A DNA stretch of 64,000 nucleotides from Dendrobates tinctorius (taxonomy: Eukaryota), in NCBI RefSeq assembly GCF_039654945.1, contig NW_027361700.1, positions 27,280,001 through 27,344,000 on the forward strand. The letters run 5' to 3'. How positions within the stretch are numbered: the first letter of the stretch is position 1; each line of letters begins with the position of its first letter. Below are positions 26,953 through 38,059 of this stretch, in pieces. The position numbers and the translations under genes were made by a program. Under the pieces are notes generated by a model. That model did not search any database. It was not told the origin of the DNA and saw only the letters and a list, made by a program, of their open reading frames with translations.

Positions 26953-28553
26953 TGCCCCGCCAGGTCCTGCTCTGGTGCAGCTTATACACAGCGGAGGCTG
27001 CACACTCCAACTCGAGACTGCTGCCCCTTCCACAACACTCCCTCGTGTGTAGGTGTAAGAAGATGAGCCGAGACAGAGTCAACGGTGTCTGGTGCCCTTT
27101 AAGGCCGGAACTATCGGGACTGTCACCACTGTTGGCGTGGAAGGTTTCTTCTAGGAGGAAGAGACCTTTCTGTTGGACAGCAGGGGGCATGGGGTATATA
27201 AGGAGACCTGAGCTCAGGAAAGAGACAGACTTGTCGGGAAGACGACAGGAGACGGTTGACTCCTTCTCCGCTGCTCACACTGACAACGCCACATCACCCA
27301 ACCCTCGGAGTGCTAACCTAAAGACTTCCTTTGACACTATTAATTTACCGTCTGGACCCGTACTTTTGGATATCCCTGTTGTGACTGTGATAGAGGATAA
27401 ACTGCCTATAGCCTATTCTGAAAGACCGCCCGTTGCCGCTGACTGTAAGCGTGCCCATGTCTCTTGTCCGGCGCCATTGCTGAAGAATCCGCCTAAAAGA
27501 CTGTTTCCACATTCCGACGCACTCAAGTCAAGCAGGACCGAATTAATCAGCACCGTCGGGAGACAGTGCTTCTCGAAACTCTGTAGCAGAGCCAGAGACT
27601 TTGTCTACGATTTGCGACGTCAATGGGAGATTTTGCAGCCTTTCCCCTGCAAGAACTGCAAGCGATAAGTTACCGATAACCCCTACTCTGTCTCCGGCTA
27701 TTCACTGCATCCAAGGGACCTCTCCTCTTTACATACACTTAGGACACACAGTCAGTGTGTCTTGACAACACTGTTTGGTATTCACGTTCTCGGCAGCAAA
27801 TCACTGTGTCTATCTACCTAATTATTGAGTCCCCTGCCACCAACATCTATCTGGCCTTTGCTGCACTCCTATTTCCCTCCTTTCTACAGCAGTCTATTTC
27901 CTGGTTGCTAAGAGCTACATCCTGCTGTAGTAGTGATCCAAGTGAAATAATGTTTTTCACGATGGTTATTGACACAATGTTATTTGTTAGTAACATTTAT
28001 CCTATATGCTTAGCCCTGTGGGTAGCCAGTCCAAGCATTCATTGACATATTTTCCATTTATGAAATATAAACATTAATGACTGCAAAATACCTTGTTCCA
28101 GGCACTGTGTTTCCCCTTCTTGAATGTAAATGAATTATTTGCTTCCTGAGGTAAGGGAGTTTACTTAATTGACTCTGAACATGATCAGACAGAACAAGCA
28201 GCTCTGCCAAATATCTTAGAAATTATAACATGCTTGCCAACACACAGCAGAGCTCACAGATCGGGGGCTTAAGTCTTGAGGGTTTTGTAAAATGTTCCTA
28301 CATATTTTTTTAACTTGCTTCTGGGCAGATTTTAAAGAATGTTTTATCCAAATTACATAATATTGACCTGTCTTGTGAGCTTTATAGAGGGCTGAATTCA
28401 TAGGAGAATCTGTTATGAGCCTAAACCAGGTGAAGGACATATAGTATGTTTGTAAGTTTCCTCTCTGGTAAGTGTTTGCTTTATATTCCCTCTCTCTGCC
28501 TTCTGTGACATTTGTCTTATTGGGTATGCTATGCTGCCCCAAGGCTCCATTAA

Positions 28554-31500
28554 CCCCTTGCCGACATACACCGTATATATATGGCGCTGCGGCAGCTGCG
28601 TTCCCGCAAACAGCAGTACATGTACGGTGCTGCGATTGCGCGGGCTCATGCTTAGTGCCACTGCAATCGGGAGCGGGTGTCAGCTCTGTGTGAGAGCTGA
28701 CAACCTGCAGCAACACGCACAATCAGTGCTAGAACTGATCGCAGGTGTTTAACTCCTCTGATGTCAATAGTGATAGCGACATCGAGGAGCAATGCTAGAA
28801 AGGATGGTTCCTGTCTGCTCCCATCGGCACAACGCAATGCGATCGCGTTGTATCGATGGTCTACATGGTGCCGAGATGGCCGCACGGTCCTTCAGGGTCC
28901 TGTGGGGAAGGTGGCTTGTGAGCGATTGATAAGAGAAAGAGCTGACATGACTCCTCCCCTACCTGTCAGACACTGCTCTGATGCCCTGCAGGGCAGAAAC
29001 ATTCAGCGATCTGTCATAATATAGTTGATGTCCCATCCTGGGACAATTGCAAAAAAAAGTTTAAAAAAAGTTATTAAAAAGTGTAAAAGTATTTTTTTAA
29101 AAATCCCCAACCAAAAAAAGAAAAAATATGAATCAAATAAATACATTTATTTCTGTAAAAAAAAGTACACATACTGTATTTGGTACAGCCGTGTCGTAAC
29201 GACCCAACCTATAACACTGACCCACTGATTAACCCCTTCAGTATACACAGTAGAAAAACGAGGCAAAAAACGATGCTTTATCTTCATACTGCCAAACAAA
29301 AAAAGTGCAATAAAACACGCTAAAAAGGAAGAATGTAATTAAAAGTGGTACTGCTGAAAACAACATCTTGTCCTGCAAAAAAACAAGCCGCCATAAAACT
29401 CCGTCAGCGGAAAAATAAAAAAGTTATAGCTCTCAGAATAATGCGTTGCAAAAATAATAATTTTATAAATAGTTTTTATTGTGTAAAAGCACCAAAAGAT
29501 AAAAAAATAATTTAAATAGGGTATCGCTGTAATCGTACTGTCCCAACGAATGAAGCTGTCTTATCAATTTTACCACAAGCGGTATGGTATAAAAAACGCC
29601 CCCAAAAATCAAAATAGAAATCGATCAAAAAATGTCATGTACCTGAAAATAGTACCAATAAAAAAGTCAACTCGTCCTGCAAAAAAGAAGCTGTCACATG
29701 ACTCTGACAGCTGAAATTATAAAAAAAATTGGAACTATACTGGAAAAATTATAGCTGTCTAAATATGGTGATGCAAAAACTAGTTTTTGCAAAAAAAAGC
29801 GTGTTTAGTGTGTGACAGCAGCCAAACATAAAAACCCGATATAAATTTGGTATCGCTATAATCACACTGACCTGAAGAATAAAGTCATCTAATCACTTAT
29901 ACCGCAAAAGGAGTCGCATCTATAAATATAATTGCCTTAAATTGTCTGTCATCCACTTCCGTCTGGATGTCCCCGAATCCCACAATTCACCGTGCCGCAC
30001 TGGAAGTATACCGACCGCCATTTTTAAACACCCAAGTGAAGCCTCTCGATCCAGGCCACTGCTGTGATCCCGAACGCTGCTGCGATCCCGACCACCGCTG
30101 GAATCCCGGCCACTGCTTGGATCCCAGCCGCCACTGAGATCCCAGTTGCCGCTCGGATCCAGGCCGCCGCTGTGATCACAAGGCTGTTAAAAGGGTGTAA
30201 AGAGGGGGTATAATGAGAGGGGTGTAATGAAGGGGGTATAATGAGAGAGTGTAATGAAAGGGATGCCGCCGCTGGACCCCCGCCAGGACCCACTGCCTGA
30301 CTACACGTGCCGGATCCTGCCGCTGCCTTCCCACCCACCTCCATGCAGTCACAGCCAGCAGGAAAGACCGCGGCTTGAGGCCTGTCCTGGAGATTGGGTG
30401 CGGCCACCCTCTGGTGGCGCCGCACACCATCTCCAGCACAGGCCGCAAAACCATCTTTCCTGATGTAGGTGACTGCAAGGAAGTGGCTGGGCTGCCACCC
30501 CCAGTGCCACAAAGCTGCCCCCATTGCGATGTTACTGCCCTCCCGATGCGATAACACCGGGAACACATCTAGTAAAAAATAAATAAAACCGATTCTTCAC
30601 CTGCTGTTGATTTGTTCATTCTGCCTGCCAAAGATCGCAGTAAGGCTCTACTCACATTTCTCCTGCGCTCTGCACTGAGCTCTTACATCGGGGTCTTCAT
30701 GTAAATCTCTGAAATGCATGCTTCAGATGGAATCCCCGGTGGAAGATTGCCTATAATGAGGCAGATGGAAGCACTGTGGGCACCAAAGGACCTGTGATCC
30801 GATGGTGTTTGTCTATTTAGGCGACCATAAAAGCACAGTTGACAATTTTTTGCACTTCTTAAAAGAAGGACGCTGTTGAACAGAGGCCAGACAAAGTACA
30901 GAGCAACTCTGCTGCCTCGTTATAGTGAATGGATCCATTGGGGGGGTTTCATCTGTCATGTCACTCAGTGATTTAGATGGAAACCCCAAAATAAGTGCTC
31001 AGCATAGAGTGCCGGATAAATGTGAACCTAAATGTTATGTAAAATGTTTCCAATAAATCTTCAACTCGATCCACAAAAAAAGTCCCCACTGCACTCCAGG
31101 AGGCAAATAGCGCTACATCCCTCCCAAATCTTGCCTTGTGGCTAAGTAGGACTGTACAGTCCTATATAGGGTATTTCTACATTCAGCAGAAATTGTGGGA
31201 CAAATCTTAATGCCATTTTTACCCATTTCCCAGCATTAAAATGTAAAATTTGGGGCTAACACACTATCTTAATAATAAAAATGTAAACTATTTTTTTTCA
31301 GTGCCCAATGGTATAAAATTTGATCACTGCACCCCTAGATTAATTTATTGAGAGGGTCACTTATGGGGGATTCTGCTGTTCTGGCACCTCCGGTGCTCTA
31401 CCATTGTGACATGGCACCCTTAAACCAGTGCAGCAAAATCTGCACTGTAATATGGCGCTACTTCCCTTCTGAGCTTTGCACTGTCCATCAAAAGTTGTTT

Positions 31501-31990
31501 TAGACCACATATGGGGTATCAGTGTACTCAGGAGAAATTGCACAACAAATTTTATGGTCCATTTTCTCCTGTTACCCTAGGGAAAATGAAAAATTTGGGG
31601 CTAAAAATATTTTTGTTAGAAAAATTTGATTCTTTTTATTTTCATGGCTCAACAATATAAACTTATGTGAAGCACCTGGGGGTTCAAGGTGCTTAATACA
31701 CATCTAGATAAGATCCCTGAGGGGTGTAGTTTGCAAAATGGTGTCACCTGTGGGGGATTTTCACTGTTCTGGCACATCAGGGACTTCCCAAACGCAACAT
31801 GGCGTCTGCCAATTATTCCAGCAAACTTTGCACTGAAAAAATCAAATGGAGCTCCTTCCCTTCCAAGCCATGCTGTGTGCACAAACATTTGTTTTCCTCC
31901 ACATATTGGGTATCGGCATACTCAGGAGAAATTGCACAACAAATTTTATGGTGCAATTTTTCCTGTTACCATTATGAAAATGCAAAATAT
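28554..31990. mobile_element. Partial large TTAA-targeting non-autonomous DNA transposon, inverted relative of 945-3572
   Basis: TTAA|CCCCTTGCCGACAT terminus; 28554-28790 is the reverse-complement homologue of about 3340-3572, and 31090-31990 of about 1390-2295. Confidence 0.7.
29919..30572 (+). mobile_element. Non-autonomous Helitron nested in the DNA transposon
   Basis: A|TCTATAAATATA start; hairpin TCCCGATG..CACCGGGA (30541-30562) then CTAG|T; no TSD; internal 18-bp GATCCC repeat. Confidence 0.85.
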
Positions 31991-33799
31991 TGTTTGGGAT
32001 ACACTGTAAAGTTGATGAATGAGTGCCAATTCCTGGTGGTGAAGTTCAGCTATTGTAGAACCAACAAAGAAAAAAGGAACTTCAGGGAACTTCCAACCAT
32101 AAAATTAATCTTTTAGTTAGAAATTCATATAAAAACAGGAGGATTCCTATAAAAAAAACAAGAAAACAGTTTTTGTAATTTTTATTGTGTATTCATTCAT
32201 ATACAGTATATGTGTATATACATATATATATTATATATATATATATTATTTTTCTGAAGGATTGCCTTATATCAAGCTTGCTATGTAGTTTTTCTTAATG
32301 CAGTTTTTGCTTGCAATGTGAATAGACCAGTAAACCTAGTTCAGACTCAATTTTTTTTCCTCAGGTGTTTGCTTTTATGCGCAGTTGTAATCAAACCTTT
32401 TTGCTTTCATTTTGCGTGATTTATGTTTAACAAACTAGTTTTTGCACCTCTTATTGTTAATGCATGCGACGTTATATATGAAGATTCTCTCTTTTTATAT
32501 TTCAAACTTGTTATTTAAGTAGTTTTGCTTAATGAGATTTTTGCTTGTAATGTAATTTGACATGATGCTTTCTGTCCGGTCTAGGAGTTAATACTTAAAG
32601 GGAACCTGTCACCAAAAAAATGCTATTAACTTGCAGATATGGGGTTAATCTTCAGGTTAATAGCGTTAATAACCTGCCCATTGCCTGCACTTAGCCAAAC
32701 GCTGTGGGGAGAAAATTAACTTTATTCCTCCTGGCAGTGTTCGGATTTCAGGCACAGGGGCGGCATTGGCGCGGGTTCAGTCACCACTCTGAGCATACAA
32801 AGCACAGAGCGGCCACTGTAATCGAGCCCCTGCCCCTGACTGACACTGACTCTGCATTAGGACCGGCTGTCAGTCAGTGCCAGGGGCGCCGTTACAGCCA
32901 CTGCGCTCTGTATACCTCTACACTTTAGGTCTTCTTGCAAGGGTCTTTTTCACAGTACTCATTTTTGTCGTCTCTCACAGACCCAACCAAACATTGCCAT
33001 ATGTTCCCTTGGGCCAAATCAAGCTTTTCTGTCTGGCAATGTTGTGGACAACACTAGATTTGGAGTATGCCAGAACAATAATACCTGCTGGTAACCTAGC
33101 TTTGCATTCTGAAGATGTCTCTTGAGCAGCTCAGAGCTATGCAATCTTTTTCACTTCTTTTTTTTTCAGGTGAGGCAGGTTCTCCTCCTGGAGTGACAGT
33201 TCTGGTGATTCGAGGAACTGAAGTACTAGTAGAACTATCAAGCTCAGAACAAGTTTTTCTGTAACACATTCAACTATCATTGTTTTGTTCTGGATTGCAC
33301 ACTACAATTGTAAGGAAATGTACAAGGGAGACGAATACAGTTGAAGTTGATGCGCAGCTGAGTAATTGCAAGCGATCTGCCGATCTTCCGCCATCTGCTC
33401 GTCAAAAGCGAAAGTGAAAGTAAATAAAGAATTACAGTAGTAGGAATATAATAGTGGGAACCCATGTTCCCACAGGAAGAGTTTAAAGATAACACTAGGT
33501 CAGGTGACACCTGTGTTGCAGTAACTAACTATAAAAGGCATTTTTGGGCCAAAAAGAGGCAGTTGGCACCAGAATCTGTACTAGGACATGTGTGGTTGTT
33601 AGGTGGGCTTAAAGCCACCATCGCCACAAAAGGTTCTGGGAGTGGTCAGATGCCAAAGAAGGCCTGAGCTTTGAAGAAGGTCCATGACCCATGCCAGTAG
33701 AAGCCTGCATAGAAGTCGGATATGATACAATCCGAACTTGAGCTTCCTTGAAGTCACGGCAGAAGCTAGGGAGTGAGAACAAGAGGCTCTTACTGTAGG

Positions 33800-35330
33800 G
33801 GTTCTGCTCCGGATCCATGAAATGGCCACCTCGGGGGTGCACAATGACAAACCAGACCAGGCCTGTGAGTTACAACAAGAGATGTCAGAAATTAGAAGGC
33901 AGCTATGGAACATAAGAAAGACCCCTATAGCTACCTCAGATCCGTATTTTTCACCCCAGTATGAATATCGACCAGAGTGGGGGGTGTCCTTTACCCACAG
34001 AGCAGTGCCAAAGACGTAGCACCAACTAGCTGAGCATCGACTTGAACGTTGGACCTGTGGAAGTATAGGACAGATGTTGAGAGACTTCCCCACTTGAGGC
34101 AGTCAAAAGCAGAAATGTCTGTTAAACCAATGTGCCCCATGGTCAGGGAGCACACTGTGGGGCTAGGCCCAACCAGACTGAGAAATGAAGGCTCTGACGA
34201 CGTTTCTGAGAGTCTCACTATGTGGGCTGAGTTAAATGGTCAGAGGATTTGCTGCTTAATAGACTCCGGGTCCCAGGTGACCACAATACCAGAAGCATAT
34301 TTCTGTCAACATTTCCCTAACGTCGCATGATTCAGAGGAGACCCAATTATCAGACTGAAGTCTGCACACTAGTTCCCTGTGGCAGAGATGGTAAGGATGG
34401 AGATGTGTGTCTGTGGGAAGAATTTGTGTAAGAAGGGGATCATACCGGTGAAAGGCTCCATCAGAAATGGATCCATCATGACCTTGGGAATGAATGTTCT
34501 GAAGGAAGTAGGACCGTTCCTAACGAACAGTGACATAACACAAAGGGAAAGCCCTGCTCATCATTGGAGTTTGAAAAGAGAAAGAGCACGAAGATTCGCC
34601 CAGTCCTCTGAAGGTTATGTCTACTGGAGGGAGTGCCGTGCCTGGAGGAGTCGGTCCATGGTAAGGAAAGCCTGCCCCCATGGTCTGGACTGGAGAAATA
34701 AGAGTGGCTTGTCGCAGAGTGATCGCAGAGGATGACCAAAGGCCTGGAGGAAATGGGATGGTGAGCCGAGAAGAAGCTTACCCAATTAAAGATGGAGCAT
34801 TGGGATGAGGAAGACGGTGTCAGTTGCCTGCAGTAAGACATCTGCATTAACCTGGTATTTGAAAGCGACTCAGGTGGAGTTGTTATATGCCATGGAAGTT
34901 GAAGATGACGACAATCCCAGAGAAGGAGCAGAGAAGCGGAGGTAGGACTCACACCTAATGCACAGTCAGATGTTGGAGACAGGACGCTGATGCAGCTGAA
35001 GGAGGTACCGTGTATGAGGATGTCACCCCTTGTGAGACTCTAGAGGACAGCATCCAAGGCACTAAGGATCCTACTGGAGGAATACAGATTTGATCCACTG
35101 CCCATCACTGAACCCATGGAGAAGTTAGGAAAATCCAGGTTGAGACAATTAGGTCACCTGGGCAAGTAGCTCAATAAACTCTGTCAGCTTCCTAAGCTGG
35201 CCCCTGCCTCCTCTCTGTGTGTGCTCACCAAAAGCGGGGTGCTACTAGTTGGGGTAGTTGGCCCTGCAATACCTGAAGTCACAGATGTTCTAATTCCCTG
35301 CGAACCAGTGGAAAGGTGAAACTCAGTGCA
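33800..35330 (+). mobile_element. Degraded Gypsy LTR retrotransposon internal region (protease remnant)
   Basis: LNGQRICCLIDSGSQVTTIPEAYF retropepsin motif and downstream LGMNVL; boundaries approximate. Confidence 0.75.
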
Positions 35331-35751
35331 AATGAAAATTTTATGTACCTAGGCTAGGTTCACAGTGCGTTAGGGGCATCCGTTTAAAGGATGCGCTAAC
35401 GCTGATGTCATTTTTAACATCTTTTGTGCCCTAGGATGCGTTACTATAATTGCAGCCAATGGGTGCGCTAACTCACCCGTTACATAGCATTAGTGCTGCT
35501 ATGTAACGGATGTACTCAACGCATGGCCCCTAACGCAATATGAATCACCCCTTACTGTGTCTGTACTTGATGTTATTGACTGTTGTTTATCCAATTAATA
35601 ATTACCGTAGTGTGTTACCCTCACTCTGTGTTGTCTGAGTAGTATTCTGCCTACGGAAAAGGAGTGCAGGCGTTCAGTGGGATGAGCCCTGGTCCATGGG
35701 GTTTTTCTAAAGACAGCCAGGCCAGCAGATGGGAGAGCCCACTGACCCTCG

Positions 35752-35993
35752 TGTCCCCACAATCATCATTGTCCCCACAATCATCATTGTCCCCACAATC
35801 ATCATTGTCCCCACAATCTACAATCCCTATCAGTATGTCTTTGGAGTGTGAAAAGAAATCCGAGCATCCAGAGGAAAACCACACAAACATGGAGAGAACA
35901 TACAAACTCCTTGAAGATATCCTTGATGGGATTTGAACCCAGGACCCCAGCACTGCATGACAAAAGTGCTAACCACTGAGTTACCACGCTGCC
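35752..35993 (-). mobile_element. V-SINE (tRNA-derived head, V core) with 18-bp tandem tail
   Basis: A box TGGTAACTCAGTGG, B box GGTTCAAATCC, core GGAGTTTGTATGTTCTC...CTCCAAAGACATAC; tail TGTCCCCACAATCATCAT x3-4. Confidence 0.85.
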
Positions 35994-36039
35994 TGCTTCA
36001 AAATGTGTGATAATCATCTGGGAAAGGTCATTTTCTGAT

Positions 36040-36370
36040 CCAGCAAGACTGTGCTGAAAAAAGCAAGGTTCATAAAGACATGGTTGGTTGAGTTTTGGTA
36101 TAAAGTAAGATGAGTCAAACTCCTATGGAATGAACTAGAACACACATTGTAAGCCAGGCTCTCTCCTCCAAAGTCAGTGTTTGACTTCACAAATGCTCTT
36201 TTGGATGAATAGCCCAAAATTCCCGCAGACATACTATAAAATCATGTAGAAAGCCTTCCCAGAAGAGTGGAAACTGCTATAGCTGAAAAAGGGAAACTGA
36301 CTCCATATTAATACCTATGGATTGAGAATGAGACGTCATAAAAGTTGCTATAGGTGATGTGGAGGTGATT
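36040..36370 (+). mobile_element. Old Tc1 transposase C-terminal fragment
   Basis: Degenerate VESLPRRVETAIAEKG..TPY ending. Confidence 0.6.
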
Positions 36371-36901
36371 ATAGAAACTGAAAGTTTACTGGTCTCATTT
36401 GTTTACATGGTTCTGACAATAGAATAATTAATTTAATCGTTAATAAATATTGAAGGTAATTTTTCTATGAGAAATTGGAATTTTAACATATTATTTTGAA
36501 GAAACACCTGCAACTTTTCCAGAGGCATAAAACTGTTAATAAGTCCTTTAATCTTACTGTACAAGTCTCCACAAGCTGCAGGTTGACTGTAATCTGATGC
36601 TTCCATACTCCAAGACTGTGAGAAGTGATAACAGCGTCACGCTTGACCATGTCTGGCTATGCATGTTGTTGCAGATCAGAAGGATTCACGTAAAGTAATA
36701 TCTACAACATAATATTGGTAATAGTTCAAATGCTTAAGGGTAATAATATGTGAAGAACATGTCCGCTCACCTGCATGAGGACAAGTTGCTGTTGCCACAC
36801 AGCTCTTGAATAAGCTTGGCACTATATGTAAGGAAGCAGACTCGCTGCAATCTTGTATAAACCTTTAGAAACTTGGAAAATGGGTTGCAATGGGTAGCAG
36901 G

Positions 36902-37188
36902 TAGTGATGCGCTAACGTGCTCGGATAAGGTGTTATGGGAGCATGCTCGGGTGCTATACGAGAATCTTAGGCGTGCTCGAAAAAAATGTTCGAGACCCCA
37001 AGGCTGCATGTCTCGGAGCTGTTCAACAGCCACAACACATGCAGGGATTACCTAACAGGTAATTCCTGCATGTGTTGTGGCTGGCGAACAGCTGTTTGAC
37101 ATGCAGCTGTGGGGCCTCGAACATATTTTTCGAGCACACCCAAGAATGCTTGGATAACATCTTATCTGAGCACGTTCACTCATCACTA
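36902..37188. mobile_element. hAT MITE (palindromic)
   Basis: TAGTGATG...CATCACTA termini; perfect 8-bp TSD GTAGCAGG. Confidence 0.9.
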
Positions 37189-37827
37189 GTAGCAGGGAGT
37201 TTTATTAGTATTAAAAGACAACCCATGCTTCACATTAGATACCAGAGATGGTTGAGACAATTTAGAGATCTACATCTGTCTGAAACATAGGTTTAATTAA
37301 CCCAAAAGTGTGTTGCATTTAAAAATGCTATTGTGTCGCTGCAAGACATCCACCAGGACAAGTGTACAAAACATGGTGCAGCAACCAGTATCGCTAACAT
37401 TGTCCCAGGGTTAGAAGCCTAGGTGAGACATCAGGGGTTCTGTCTCAAAAAGAGGAAACCTACTCTGGAACAATGTCCATCCCTAAGACTTCACCAGACT
37501 AATAATATTGGTTCCAGCAGCTTAATATTATGGTAAGCCATAATGGTTGGACCATAAATGCTCTTCTGGTTGCTGTAGAAGTAGGGACATTTCTTTTTTT
37601 TTTTTTTGGAAGATCTGTCAAATTTATGACGCTTTGTTACTATTTAGTTCTGGTTGTAGAATAAGTGACTCCTTTGTTCCACTATGTTCTTGACATGATT
37701 TGTTTTATACTCAAGGCTATTTTTTCTCATATTACTGTTTGGTTAAGTTAGTTAGCTTAAATTACTATCCAACCTTAAGGAAAAAAAATCTCATAATGGG
37801 TCACACACAAGTCAGTTGCTTCAGGAA

Positions 37828-37833
37828 TTTATT
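37828..37833 (-). terminator. Polyadenylation signal AATAAA, keratin B
   Basis: tttatt about 130 nt past the stop codon. Confidence 0.7.
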
Positions 37834-37964
37834 GAATTGAAGTTAGATATGAAGAAGCATGTAGATGTGGAAAAACAATAGAATAAGCGGAGGACCCTTA
37901 ATAGCAATAGAGAAAGATAGCTGTACTACTGCGGTTTCTTTTGTTCTACTTGTTGCTTCTTATT

Positions 37965-38059
37965 TTATTTGACTGGTTCTTCAATCTCTTCAATTTTTGA
38001 GTCCACTATGTTGCCATCAACGTAGGTTTCGGTTTTCACCACTGTCTTCCTAGTTTTTA
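37965..38059 (-). CDS. Keratin B exon 8 (coding part)
   Basis: [31 protein letters not shown]-stop. Confidence 0.9.
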
